From Anolis carolinensis (Eukaryota): a DNA stretch of 64,000 bases. The DNA lies in NCBI RefSeq assembly GCF_035594765.1, contig NC_085842.1, positions 33,828,782 to 33,892,781 on the forward strand, read 5' to 3'. Every line of letters begins with the position of its first letter. Position 1 is the stretch's first letter. The position numbers and the translations under genes are program-made. Below are positions 1-13,070 of the stretch, piece by piece. The notes under the pieces are model-generated. The model saw nothing but the letters and a program-made list of their open reading frames with translations, searched no databases and was not told where the DNA came from.

Positions 1-3000
1 AAAGTTTGTAAAAATGGGAGGGTGAAATTAAGACAAAATGGTAAAAACATTTTGCAATCAGAAAATTAAAAGTGGGTCCCATGTTGCAGGTTGAAATTCA
101 AAGGTGGGCGCCACACTTGAAAAACTGAAGACTCCTGTTGTAACTTAACTGACGCCTGGGTGCCAGCAGTACAAGTTCTCTTTGGAGCTTGATGGCTTTT
201 ACCCATCTTGACCCAGGAGCTGACTGTTTTTTTTAAAACATTTGTTCTTAGAGAGCTGTTCCCTTAAGACTTTTAAGAGTGTGTAAGAAATCAATTATAA
301 ATAAATACAAGTTCTTCACTAAGATAACCAAAATCTTGTACCAAGAAAATATTATTTTGTATTCCTGCTTATTTTTCATCACGTTATTCTATTTCCATCA
401 GTATTGAAGAGGGACAAAGTGCATGACTCAGGCAACTCCAACATGGCATTCACTCCTCATCATATTTTGTCATGAACTTGCCTACATATTTTTCAATTTA
501 CATCTTAGGTCTCAAGCTCTAGAACATTGGTTCTTGTTTCTTAAGATGGAAATATGGATTTCAACATGGTGAATGACCTAGCACCAAATGCAGAGTTTGT
601 GTGGATATATTGTAGAGTTGGAGTATATAGCTGGAGAGTAGCTATGGAAACAGTAAAAAGTTATCTCCTAAATCAAAAATTCTGCTCCATCCAAATGAAA
701 AAAAAAATTCAGCACTCAAAATTCTAGCTTTCCATTAGGTTAAAACTTCATTTGAGCATTTAGAAATATAATTGTCCCTCTACATTTTTGGATTTGATTA
801 TTTGCAGATTTGATTAAAATGTTCCCTCTAAAAATCTCTTGGTCTTCCAGCATGATTCTGTGGTCAATGTTTGCCCAAAGTTGACCCTGGAGGACCTATA
901 GAGAACATCTCTCTAGGAATCTCTAGGATCTCCAGTGCAATTCTGCTGATATGATCTGGGATATAAACCCCTTCTTAAGTTAATCATGATATTATTCCCA
1001 ACAGTCCCTATTGCAATAAAAGTACATGAAAATCACAAAAGGCTTCCCTGTAAAAGGGGTTTACATCCTGAAACACATTGGGCTCATGAAATGTGCATGA
1101 TGTATTTGATGGTACTTTGAAACTAACCTCTCCTTGTGTTATTGTACATCTTTTGTACCATTCCTCTTCCTGATCACATTTCTCATATGGAAGGCTTCTG
1201 CACTTGTAGTATAGAACTTATGCTTTGAAAACGGTGTGTTTTTCAGTCCACAGGTTTTCAGTCATGCGTTTGCTGCTGTAGGCCTCTTCATTACGCATTA
1301 TGGTATGTTATGTTCCCCACCACCACCTCCTCCCTAACTCAGTTGCTCTTGAATTGTCTTGTTTCATGTCCCTAGGATCTACTTGGTTCTGTGGTCTGCT
1401 TGTAGTTGTTGGTTAAAATATTGTGAGTTTCAGACAGATGTTGCATGGGATGGTTTTGCTCCCCTTTCAAAACTCGAGCTTATCCTTGACTTTGGTCTTA
1501 GTTTGGGAGATATACTTGCCTTTCAGCTTTCTCTCTCTGTAAATAACTGAACAGCTGACCAAATGTATTCAAGAAGCACGTCGAGGTTTAGTGCTTTCCT
1601 GGATCTTACCCTAAGCCCACATGCTCTGTTATCTTTCCAGGCCCAGTGGCACTCCGCTTCTGCAAAGATGGAAAGGCCGTGGCAAGTTGGCAAGTGCTGT
1701 GCTGCTCTTCCACAGCTGGAGCTTTGTTTCCTGTATTTCCCAAACTCCGTTACCACAAGGCACCAGTCACCTCTTGCCAGGCTCAGGTATATAGTTAGTC
1801 CCTGAGTGCTTGTGGGGTGACATTGCCTGCTCTGAGGTGCTCTACTAGCCAACCTAGTTTGTAGAACTGACCCCTTCCCTTCCTTCTTTTACATCTCCAC
1901 TGATGGGACAACCCACAGATACCTTCCCTTAGAATGCTATGTGACTTCAACCAGTAGTTGAGATGTAACCACACACTCTGTGGACAAGCTTCCTTCTCCC
2001 AAACCAGTAACCATTGATCCTTTCCTCGTCCATATGCCTAGGATACACAGTCACCACAGGACCTGAAGTTGCCCCCTCTTGTACCTGCTTTAGGAAGCCT
2101 GATGTCAGTATTGCCTCCCGTGGAAGGGAAAGGACTACGAAACCACATGGAATAATTCTACTAAGGCAGCTGGTTCTGCACCTTTAATGCAGTAGAAAGT
2201 ATGGAGGAAGTGCATGTAAATGCACATAGTTTACCCTGTTTTGGAACTTCAACAAGAATATCAGTGGACAGTGTGATTCCTGGACTTCCCTTTTGTGTGG
2301 TTGGGTGTTCTTCTGAAGTCTTCATTCCTTCATTGTGGAAGCAAAACTTCATTTTTGAAGAACTCTTCATTGAGAACCCTTCCTCCTCCTTATGTACAAG
2401 AAGAGAATATAAATCATGGAAATAAAAGACAGTACACAATGTGAAACCTCTAGGATACAGATGGTGCATTGGTCAAGGTGGAGACGGCCATGGGCTATCT
2501 CTCATCCCCTACCACAGGCACTTCGAATCTATCTACAGAGACGCACATCGGCCTCATTTGGAAGAATGGGAACAATTTTACTGTCCTCTATCACCTTGAA
2601 AAAAAAGTTTTAAATGAATTCCTATTTGCTATCATGGTCCCTAACTATGAACTGTAACTTGGCCAGCTCAGGATTAACAGCTCAGGGTACATACCAGAGT
2701 ATTTATATCTGAGCAGGAGAGCTGCAACATAAAATATGTGAATGTCAAAGAAAACTAGGTTTTTATACATCTGTGATGAAGTGGGGACTAATTGCAGACA
2801 CAAAAGACCTTTTACACTTTATAAAATGTGTATTTAATGGGAAACTTCAAACATAAGAGCTAGAATACCACAGACCTCAGTATTATTGCTGAAGTAGATT
2901 TCAAGCAGGATGGCTATATCTGTTCCTTGCATTTTAATCAGATAGCTTTTTAGCTCTTGAATTTTTGCCTGTCAAAGAGCTACAAAAGGCACAAAATATT

Positions 3001-3162
3001 GGGTTTTTTTAAGCCATGGGTGGCAGAAACTGTTATAGAGTGTATAGACACAACTTGAGTAAGTCCATTATGGCAATAAGTGCATTGTGTTCTTGTGCAA
3101 TCAAATTTAGAGAGAACTTTTCCTTATGTTATCAAGCCAAGTTGGATTTGCATAACAATGAT

Positions 3163-3483
3163 AGGTAAAGGTAAAGGTTTCCCCTGATGTTAAGTCCAGT
3201 CATGTCTCACTCCGGGGGTTGGTGCTCATCTCCATTTCTAAGCCGAAGAGCTGGTGTTGTCCATAGACACCTCCAAGGTTATGTGGCCAGCATGACTGCA
3301 TGGAGCGCCGTTACCTTCCCGCCAGAGTGTTACCTATTGATCTACTCACATCGGCATGTTTTCGAACTGCTAGGTTGGCAGGAGCTGGAGCTAACAGTGG
3401 CCACTCACGCCACTCCCGGGGTTTGAACCTGGGACCTTTCGGTCTCCAGCTCAGTGCTTTAACGCACTTCGCCACTGGGGCTC
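3163..3483 (-). mobile_element. Sauria SINE, full length
   Basis: tRNA-like head, (ACCTTT)n tail, TSD caatgatagg at 3156-3165 and 3489-3498. Confidence 0.9.
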
Positions 3484-6400
3484 TATAGCAATGATAGGAT
3501 GGCATTTTTCTTGAGGCCACTAGTGCTTCCCCCCTTAATAACAGGTTCATGTAGTACTGTTTGGCCTTTTAGTCCACAACAAATTCCTCATTCCTATCAA
3601 CTCAGAGCAGAATTTTGAAAGATTCTAAAGGGTACTAAACCTAAATAGAGGTACTTGGAAGATGACTTTCTTCAGCCTGATGCCTCTCTCCTCATCTCCA
3701 ATTAGGGCAACCTTACTGATTAGAGATTATGAAAATTGTTGTATAACACTTCTAGAAGGTCTTGGGTTGGGGACAAAGTTGCAGATAACCCGTCAGAAAC
3801 ATGAGGAAAAAAATGTAAACAGAAAAAAGTCTCAGTTCACTGACTGTATCCTTTAAAGAGCAGGATAGCTGAGATCACCCTATAGAAAAATAGCTGCTTC
3901 CCGTTTTCTTAGTCGGCATGGCATTTTCTTATAAGTCATTTCTTTCATTGCTGTTCCTGTTGTATTACGCTTCTGAAATTTATAACCAGGCCAGGAACCT
4001 GTAGCTTTACAGATGTTGGACTGTAGCATCCACTAGCCCACTATCATGACCATTTCTTGGGAGTAATGGGCCAGTGGTACATCAGCTACAATTTTCCTTC
4101 ATTCCTGAATATTGATAGTGTTATCTGTGAATGGTGGGAATTATAGTTCCTTCACAAGAAGGCAAGATTCTTGGGCCTGCTTTACAACCAGAAAGGCCAT
4201 TTAGACCCTTCTTCCACCTGATCTTATCTAGCACTTACTTTCTCACCCATCCCTTCTGTTCCATTCAGTATTTTCCAGAATAGTATCATCTTTAACTTTA
4301 GACTAAAGAGCAAGAAGTAGTCACGTTTGTGTGTCTCGTCTTGATCTTTTCAACCAAGCAGGCAGATTTGGTTGTAGACAAGTCAATGTATTTCTTGTTT
4401 GCCTCATTCCCTTCTTCCCCATTGTGGTATTGCTTGGGGGCTCTCTCCTTGGGCATATTTCTGGATCATGTTAAAGCTTGGTAGTCGGCATGTTAGAAAG
4501 AGTAAACCTCCAATCTGCAACTGTGCTGTATAGATCGTTACCAGACTAAGAACAAACTCAATATAATGCCAGTCAGCAATCCTTTCAGGAACAAATTGTT
4601 GACAGCATGTTAACTTTGTCTTAGAAAAAAGGAGCTCACAGTGAGATATATGGTGAGAAAGGATTATACACACACACACACCCTTTTTAGTACTCCTGAT
4701 GCCTGCTTTTGTTCCCCTTAACTGTGTTCTAGATAGAGGACAAAAAAATCAGCTAGAACCATGGGAAAGGTAAGTGACTTCCAATCTGTAGGGTGGTGTC
4801 CAGAATTCTCACCTGGGGCGTTGTATGGGAACTGAAATGTAGATGGAAAGCAAGAATATTTCATCCTGTCACTTCATGGGAGAATATGATACTTGGACTT
4901 ATTAAGTGCATTATGGTAGAATAGCGTTTAGTAAATGTGTATATCTGATAATTAATTGTCTCTGTTTAATGACTAGTTGATTCTATGTTTAAATGCTAAG
5001 ACTGAGAAAAGAGATCATGATTTTATAGAATTACTGTTTGTAAATGTCTCCCATGTTGGCCTAAGGAGCTGACCCCAGAAATCCATATTCCAAGTTGATT
5101 CTCTTCAAATACTTGTGATATTTTCCCCATCCTAAAGTGGCGAGCATTGTAGCCCATCGACATCCAGAGAATTCCGGGGAGCGGGTGAGCTCCCATCTGT
5201 CAGCTCTAGCTCCCCATGCAGGGACATGAGAAAAGCCTTCCACAGGATGGTAAAACATCAAACATTTAGGCATCCCCTGGGCAACATCCTTACAGATGGC
5301 CAATTCTCTCACATCAAAAGCAATTTGCAGTTTCTCAAGTCGCTCCTGACACTCACAAAAAATCCAGAGAATAAAGCTGAGAGGACTGTGACAGAGTGTC
5401 CATGGGGATATGTATAGCCCACTCGACCATGTTGGGAGTTCAAGCCACAGACTCCCTGATTACTGGCTATATTGGCTGAGACTGTTGTCAGATGCAGTCC
5501 CTACAATATAAGGCTATCTACCTGATCTCCACCCATTTCAGGATGTGGTCTGGCTTCCTGTGACATTTCCTCCACTTAGAAATCTTGTTTATATAGGAAG
5601 TTCTAACTAGGAGATAGCTTCTGTACAAATCCACTGTGGTCTTAATGGTAGGATCAACACACTCCTTTGCTACTACTTTTCTTGTATGAGGTGGATAGTG
5701 AAGGCAACAGAGCACATCTTTTGCATGCAGACAGCTTCAGTTTAAGGTCCCTGGCATCTCTGCTTGAACAATGTTGGGGAAAAGAAATGGTTCTGCATGA
5801 AACCACGTAGAGCTATTTATTACTGCAGTTCATAATATTAGGTTCAATAGTTCCCTATTTGGGATCCCCAGGTGTTATTTTCAGTTTCTATCATCATAGA
5901 CCATGCTGGACAGTGTGATGGAAGGTGCAGCCCAAATTCTGGGAACCCTAGAGCTGGGTATTGCTGACCTAGATGAACAACTGTAGCCTTATCGTGTGCC
6001 TTCAAGTCATTTGTGACCTAGCATGTTATAAAACAGCATAGAATCATAGGCTCATAGAGTTGGAAGAGACCAATGGGCTATCTACTCCAACCTCTTGTCA
6101 TGCAGAAAAAGCACAAAGTATCCTTGTATCACATTTAGTGTGAGATACTTTGTGTATCTGCTGTAGTTGCTGAGGAACCCTTCTAGAAGCTGAACTTGAA
6201 TCAAAACACCTTCTGGAATGGCTATGATTTAATTCTTACTATAGCAGGCTGTGGTTATTTATTTTGTCATGTTCTGTTATGGCAATAACTGATAGGGCTC
6301 TAGATGCTAAACCTCAGTGTTGTGGGTTGACATAAAAGAAACCAAATAAGCATCAACTCCATTCACTCTTCAAATAATGGTTAAAGAGGAAAGTTTTGGC

Positions 6401-6549
6401 CTATATCCTATAATTATAATTCCTTAGGCCACAAATCACTGACTATAATCAGAAGCACATATTGTGTGCATTATGCATGAAGTCATTGCTTTTTTATCAT
6501 TCTTAATATCATCAGTGCCTTGTGATTTGTGAATCCTGGTTTGTAAAAG

Positions 6550-6555
6550 AATAAA
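6550..6555 (+). terminator. Candidate poly(A) signal of an unidentified upstream + strand gene
   Basis: AATAAA followed by U/GU-rich tract, ending ~5 kb of mostly unique UTR-like sequence. Confidence 0.4.
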
Positions 6556-8931
6556 CTTTTTTAGTCTGTTAAACTGATCTATGTTCTCTGTTTTTACAAT
6601 TTGGGGGAAATAGCTTGTGTTTTCTTTTGGTTCTACCTATCTGGAGAAGATAAAGAAGACTTGAATTTCAAGTGGCAAAAACTGAAAAGATTCTGTAAAA
6701 AAAAAAAAAACCACACACAACACAGCAGTGGTAGTTTCTATGTTATAGTGCTCTCAGTGCCCTTTTATGATACAAGTGACATTTAGTATCTCCATTTGAG
6801 AAGAGGTAAATTAAGGTGGTTGATGTGTGCCTTCAAGTCTTCTCCAATTTGTGGCAACCCTGTTTTCCTGCCAAGATTTGTTTAGAGAGGGTTTGCCCCC
6901 TTGCCTTCCTCTGAGGCTGAGAAAGTGTGATTTGCCCAAAGTTACTCAGTGAGTTTCCATGATCAAGCAAGGATTTGAATCCTAGTCTCTTGAGGTCCAA
7001 CACTCAAACCACTCCACCACCCTAGTGCTCTTTGTTGAAGTTGCTATGTGTCAAACCACTTTTCCCTTTGCATGCCATTTCTTTCTCTTGGGACTGGCTT
7101 CAGCATTTCGGACGATAAATGTACACACTACGTTTGGGAGGTCTGTTCACCGGAGCTTCCCAAGAACTACATCCCTTCCTCATATCCAGTACATATAGGC
7201 TACTCTTCTCACAGATCGACCTGGTTTCTCAAAGACATATAGCTATGTTCTCATTTAGCAGTAGGCATTCCACATCTTCCTGGATCTAGGCAAGCCTGGA
7301 AGCATCTAACCTTGGCATACCAATCAAATGTTCTAGATGTGTCTCTTTTCTCCTCCTCTGTCCCCTTTAACTAGTTAAACAGAAATAGGGCAGAATCCTA
7401 TGGAATCCACACAAGTAACTGGAACTGTCCTGAAGGCCTGGTTGGCATCAACATAAGTTGAGGTACCAAATAAAAACATAGCAGCCAATTAAAAGCGTTG
7501 GGGCCTCGAATATTTATTTCAAAATTCTTGATGCAGTTTTAAAATCAGTATTAATCTTTCAAACCTGTTTTTAATTAATTGTGTTTGCTTTTAGTCTATA
7601 TTTTATTGTTTTAAGATGATAATATTGATATCTATACACTATCTTGAGATCTCGATAAAGGAGGAGACAGAAGTATTTTAATCAATGATAAAGGATGGTT
7701 GTCTGATTAGTAAAAAAGCTTTTGTGCATTCGCAGGGGCTGATTCTAAGTGTAGATGCTACATAGCTCCTAAAAAAGACCATTTGTGTGTGCTTTCAAGT
7801 CACTTGAAACTTTATGGTGACCCCACAAATTTTCTTAGGCAAGGCATATTAAGTCGGTTTCCTCTAAAATGCAGCCTACATCACCTAGTGTTGGTTGTTG
7901 GTCTACCATCCAAATACTAACTAGAGCTAATCCTGCTTAGCTTCCAAGATAAGACAGGAATTAGTGCCTTTGTTACCCAAGCTTAAATGCTTTGGATTTG
8001 TGTGTTTGTATTTTGAGACCTATCTTCTGTCTTTCTAACTAGCTATCAAATTCAGATAGGAATACTTACATACTCAGCCATTGAGGATGATTTACGGTAC
8101 TCAAAAGCAGCTGCTGCCCAGCTCCTTTCCGTTCTCCCAGGAGTTCAGTGGAAAACTATTCCTGCATCACATTAATATTAATTAAACAACACTCTCCTGC
8201 CATTTCGATTCGAGTAGAGCAACTGTCACATCTCAAGAGACTGCTTCGTTTTCCTAATTGCTCTGCTCTATCCATGCATAGTCTATGTAACCTCACCGCT
8301 CTTAGGATTACTGAACATATCAGTCTATTCTAATAATGAGATCTGAGTTTTCTAGGCAAAGAGATTTAGATACTGCCGCATGTTGCAGCTCTTCAGTATG
8401 AGCCATAGCGATCTAAAGCTAAGAAGTCTTTTCTTCCAAGTCACAAATGCATTGTTTCTCTACTATGTAAACCCAATTGTTAATAAGAGGTACATGCATG
8501 GAAGCTGGGAACATATTCTCGTTTGTTGCTTCATTTTGTCAAAACTAGCCTACTCAGAGGCCTTCTGTTTATATACTTTACAAAGTGTTTTACCAAAGCA
8601 AACTCAAGATTTTTATCGAACATAGTTCTGCTATTAGGGAGGGAGAAAGACTTGCTTCTGTAAAACAAATTCAACAATCCAGCCTTGAATGAAGAATTAA
8701 TCTCATAGTGCAGCTACACTATAGAATTAATGCAGTTTGACACCACTTTAACTGCCATGGCTCTTTAGCCTTCTCTGCCAGAGTGCTGCTGACTCACCAA
8801 GCTACAATTCCCATTATTCCATAGCATTGAGTCATAGCAGTTAAAGTGGTGTCAAACTGTATTATTTTTAGTGTGTAGATGCACCCTTAGCTGTTACATC
8901 ATTTACCTTTCAGAAGGCAATAAACAGTATT

Positions 8932-9099
8932 NNNNNNNNNNNNNNNNNNNNNNNNNNNNNNNNNNNNNNNNNNNNNNNNNNNNNNNNNNNNNNNNNNNNN
9001 NNNNNNNNNNNNNNNNNNNNNNNNNNNNNNNNNNNNNNNNNNNNNNNNNNNNNNNNNNNNNNNNNNNNNNNNNNNNNNNNNNNNNNNNNNNNNNNNNNN
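8932..9099. other. Assembly gap (N run)
   Basis: Direct reading. Confidence 1.
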
Positions 9100-9601
9100 G
9101 CTGCTTGCTGTTTACTGGGAGGATTACTCTTAACTCTTCTTTCCAATATGAACCATCGTCTTTAGAAAAGAGTTTAGAACTATTAAATTATATGGTTATA
9201 GCTAGACCTCATGTGTCTCTCAAAAGACTTGTATAAATCTGGCTAACAAGACCAAATGAGATTATGATTCAGCCTGAAAAGAAAAGGAACCAGGACTAGA
9301 AGCCTGCTGTCTTTTGCTATCTCACACTCCTTTAGTTCAACGAAGCTCTCAAAATGTGAGTAGATAAATAGGGATTGCTTTTAAAAAGCGGGGAGGTATT
9401 AAGGCATCTATAAGGAAATGCCAGGAAAATATTGGCAATACGATCAAAAGGAGGAAGTAACGAACAAAGCTTTTTGGCAGGGAGATGGAGCAACAGCAGC
9501 CACACAACCACGCCCCCTTGGTGGCTGGAACCGAGCACAAGCCTCCACGAAGCCAAAGATGGGAAAGCCTATATACCTCTATCTATGTTCAATTGTCTGT
9601 A

Positions 9602-10864
9602 TCTATAGATATAAAAATGTAATGTGTGTTTTTCCCATGGAGTAAACAAGAAAACCACTGAACCAAATCACACCAAATTTGGCCACAAAAAACATAGTCA
9701 TCCAATCTGTGTCTTTCAATAAAAAAACCCTAGAAAAATAGTCCAAATTACAGAGGATGAGGGAAAGCCTTTCCCCCCTGGCTGCCAGTCAGAAAGGTAG
9801 GCCCTGACGTCTTTAGGCCCCCCGCTGCCCATATGCCCCGCCACCTTCGTATCCTAGCAACTCCCTCAGCCAAAATGGCACCCAAGGAACAGGCAGCACT
9901 TAACCCACACTGCCTATAAAATACAAATTATCTGATTTGAATTGGATTATATGGCAGTGTAGCCCTAAGGCCCTTCTACACAGCTATATAACCCAGAATT
10001 CCAAGGCACATAATCCACAATATCTGCTTTGAACTGGATTATCTTGAGTCCACACTGCCATATATTCCAGTTCAGTGTGGATTTTATACAGCTGTGTAGA
10101 AGGGGCCTCATATAACCCAGTTCTAAGCAGATAATATAAGATTATAAATATATAATAATTACTGTGGTATAATAATTTCCACAAGGTAGAAAGCGGACAG
10201 GCTTGCAATTAGCAAGGCTATTCAGTGCTATTCAACCTGGCCAACCAAGATTTCCCTTAGGTAAAAGACCCCAGGCTTTGAAGCCATGAAGCTACTCCGT
10301 CCCATTCAACCTGGCCTAGCAAGGATGGCCTATGTAGAAAGCGGCCAGGCTTTTAAGCTGCAAGACTATTCAGTGCAATTTAAGCTGGCCAAAGGAAGTA
10401 GCCATGCTTCATCAAAGCAGCTCTTTGACTGTGGGTGGCACTCCAGCTCGCCAAACAAGGATTCCCCTAGATATAATACAGCCAGGCATTGAAGCTTCAT
10501 GGCTATTCAGTGCAATTCAACCAGACCAACAAAGGATTAACCTCGGTAGAAGGCAACCAGGCTTTGAAGCAGCGATACCATTCTGTACTATTGAAGCTGA
10601 CAAACCAAAGATTCCCTTAGGTAGCAAACAGCCAGGCTTTGAAGTAGTAAGACTATTCTTTGCAATTCTAGCATCCCAAAAAATCCATTCCCCTAGAACG
10701 CAAGTACCCAAACGTCCAAGTAACAAGCCTAATCCTTTGTATTCCAGCTCACCCATATGAAGAAAACAGCTAGGCTTTGAGGCTGTAAGGCTATTCACTG
10801 TTATTCCACCTGGCCAACAAAGCATTCCCATAAGCCACAGCAATGCGTGGCCGGGCACAGCTAG
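9602..10864 (+). mobile_element. Non-autonomous Helitron-like element nested in a SINE with an L2-type tail
   Basis: 5' TC start (a|tctatagatataaaa), GC-rich subterminal segment then CTAG 3' end; host SINE spans ~9360-9600 and 10870-10960. Confidence 0.6.
10180..10830 (+). repeat. Degenerate ~74-bp tandem array resembling Penelope terminal sequence
   Basis: ccaggctttgaagc...ctattcagtgc...ggattccc unit anchors near 10198, 10271, 10345, 10482, 10557, 10632 and 10770. Confidence 0.75.
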
Positions 10865-11114
10865 CTGTCTGTATAAAATGGCATGTGTATGTTCTGTGAT
10901 CCGCTCTAAGTCCCCTTTGGGATGAGAAGGATGGAATATCAATATTGTAAATGAATAATAAACACTTTCACGTCTGAACTCCCCTCTCCTTGTTAAGGAT
11001 ACTTGTTGTGGAGAATAGCCTTGATAAACTCAAAATAATCTCAATTCAATAACAGATACTATCAGAAAATATTTGAGGTTTATTCAGCAACTGTCTATGT
11101 TAATAATATACGCA

Positions 11115-11418
11115 TTGTCGAAGGCTTTCATGGCCGGAATCACTGGGTTGCTGTGAGTCTTTTGAGCTGTGTGGCCATGTTCCAGAAGGTCTGTTGGGAA
11201 CTAGGCAAGTGGGGTTTATATATCTGTGGAATAATGTCCAGGGTGGGAGAAAGAACTCTTGTCTGCCTGAGGCAAGTGTGAATGTTGCAATTGGCCAGCT
11301 TGATTAGCACTGAATAGTCAAATTACACCATGTCAGACTACACAGAGAAGCCACTGAAATCCAGGAGAGAAGGCTTCTGGAACATGGCCATACAGACCGA
11401 AAGACTCACCGCAACCCA
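11115..11418. mobile_element. Penelope-like remnant, internally deleted, inverted arrangement
   Basis: ttgtcgaaggctttcatggccggaatcactgg terminus plus inverted ggaacatggccatacag. Confidence 0.75.
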
Positions 11419-12009
11419 ATAATGTATATTTAAAGACACTTTACAAACAACTCAAAGCTTCTAAAACATTTTCATTACTTGTGATTTCCAATTCAGCAGC
11501 TGCTCTGTTCTCTTATGATATTTTCTTGTTGGCTCTGTGCTGCTCCTCTTCTTAATTGAGTGGGCATTGCTACTAACTCTTCTATAGGAAGAATGCATAT
11601 TTGCCTTTGTAATACTGACAGCAAGCTACACAGCCTTGGGGAAAGCATAAATCCCACTTCTTTTAATTGGTGAGCCTAACCTCCAAGAACCAGCTCCTTA
11701 ATTCAGTTACAGACTCATAAAGCCATGGCACCATCATATTCACACACAGTAGGGTTGGCTCTTCTTGAAAGAGAAATAACCCAAAGCCAAGCTTTCTGGT
11801 GTTGCCTTTCCTTGTTCTTTACAAAGGGACGAAAGTAGAAAACACAGGAGAGTCTTGAAAAAGCTTCTTTTGCCAAGTTTCTGCATAGAAATTCCCCAGC
11901 ATTCCTTTTCTTTGTCATTTCCATGAACAATTTGCCAGCAGGAGCCAAGATGGTGTTTTCTCCTCCTCCCTCATCCAGAAGATGATCTCAGATTGGCATG
12001 AAATAGTGC

Positions 12010-12255
12010 CTACTGGGTTGTGGAAAATGCTTTTAATGTCTTCTCCTGCTCCTTGGTTTCCTCTTGTGGCAAGGCCAGTCCCAGAAGAGAAAGCGTCCGC
12101 AGGAAAAAAGCCGGAAAGGGAGCCGTGAGCGCAGCGCATGAGGAAAAGCCTTCGGTGGAAGGAAGGAGGAGCCGGTGGAGGTGAAGGTGGAGAGGCAAGC
12201 GATGCACATGTCGCTGCTGCAGGTGGAGCTTCGTCAACAGGGAGTCATTTAAGAT
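12010..12255 (-). CDS. RPUSD3: RPUSD3 last coding exon (ILNDSLLTKLHL...LPLHLHLHRLLLP...stop)
   Basis: cttcctgatag acceptor; LPLHLHLHRLLLP motif; nine exons sum to 1056 nt = 351 aa + stop. Confidence 0.94.
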   Translation of the reverse strand: MLNDSLLTKLHLQQRHVHRLPLHLHLHRLLLPSTEGFSSCAALTAPFPAFFLRTLSLLGLALPQEETKEQEKTLKAFSTTQ

Positions 12256-12309
12256 CTATCAGGAAGCAAGTGGGGAGGGAAAAGAATTGGCCATGCAGTC
12301 ACACTAGAG

Positions 12310-12503
12310 CAGGCATAGGCAAACTTGGGCCCTGCAGGTGTTTTGGACTTCAACTCTCACCATTCCTAACAGCCTCAGGCCCCTTCCTTTTCTCCCTCAG
12401 CCGCTTAAGCGGCTGAGGGAGAAAAGGAAAGGGCCTGAGGCTGTTAGGAATGGTGAGAGTTGAAGTCCAAAACACCTGCAGGGCCCAAGTTTGCCCATGC
12501 CTG
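12310..12503. mobile_element. Palindromic hAT MITE (194 bp)
   Basis: TIR caggcat.ggcaaact; 8-bp TSD cactagag at 12302-12309 and 12504-12511; near-perfect hairpin centred on gcttaagc. Confidence 0.92.
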
Positions 12504-12967
12504 CACTAGAGCATTGCTTCTTAAACTTTGGGTCCCCTTAGCTCAATGTTGGGGTCACGAAAAAATTGGCAACACTGAAAGGTTTATGAATGCCACCCAT
12601 TTCCATGAATCCGTTAGCAACAATGTGCAGTGTTTAAAATAGACTCTGCAGAGAATACTTTAGCTACACTTCGTACAAAGAAAAATCAGCCTATTTAGAA
12701 AGTTTGCAAATGCTGGCTCATTTTCAGTAAATGTTTGATTTTTATACCTATCTTATATACCTATATACCTGGGTTTGTGCAAAAATTACTTGGGAGAAAA
12801 AGGGGTTATTATGGCTTGGAAAAGTGAAAGAAGTCCTTCACTAGAGGACCGAGGGATCCCTAGAGAGAACATTTTAATCCTATCTGTGGTTAATGAAATC
12901 TGCAAAAGTCAAACATGCCAATGTGGTGGGCTGGCTATAAATGCTAGAGATAAACTGACTGCAAATC

Positions 12968-13070
12968 TATCACAATCTCTGAGGATGCCTGCCATAGATG
13001 TGGGCGAAACGTCAGGAGAGAATACTTCTGGAACATGGCCACATAGCCCGGAAGACATACAACAACCCTG
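12968..13070 (+). mobile_element. 103-bp Penelope 3'-end insertion
   Basis: Direct repeat tgactgcaaatc at 12956-12967 and 13071-13082. Confidence 0.85.
12976..13016 (+). ncRNA. Minimal type I hammerhead ribozyme core in Penelope remnant
   Basis: CTGAGGA-T-GCCTGC(catagat)GTGGGC-GAAA-CG-TC-agg: CUGANGA and GAAA boxes, 6-bp stem II, palindromic ACGU stem III, UC cleavage site. Confidence 0.75.

Noticed and set aside
8871-9236. ORFs spanning N runs (also 57450-57912)
   Set aside because: Artefacts of assembly gaps
10180-10830. CRISPR-like array
   Set aside because: Eukaryotic context, degenerate full-unit tandem repeats with no unique spacers and no cas genes
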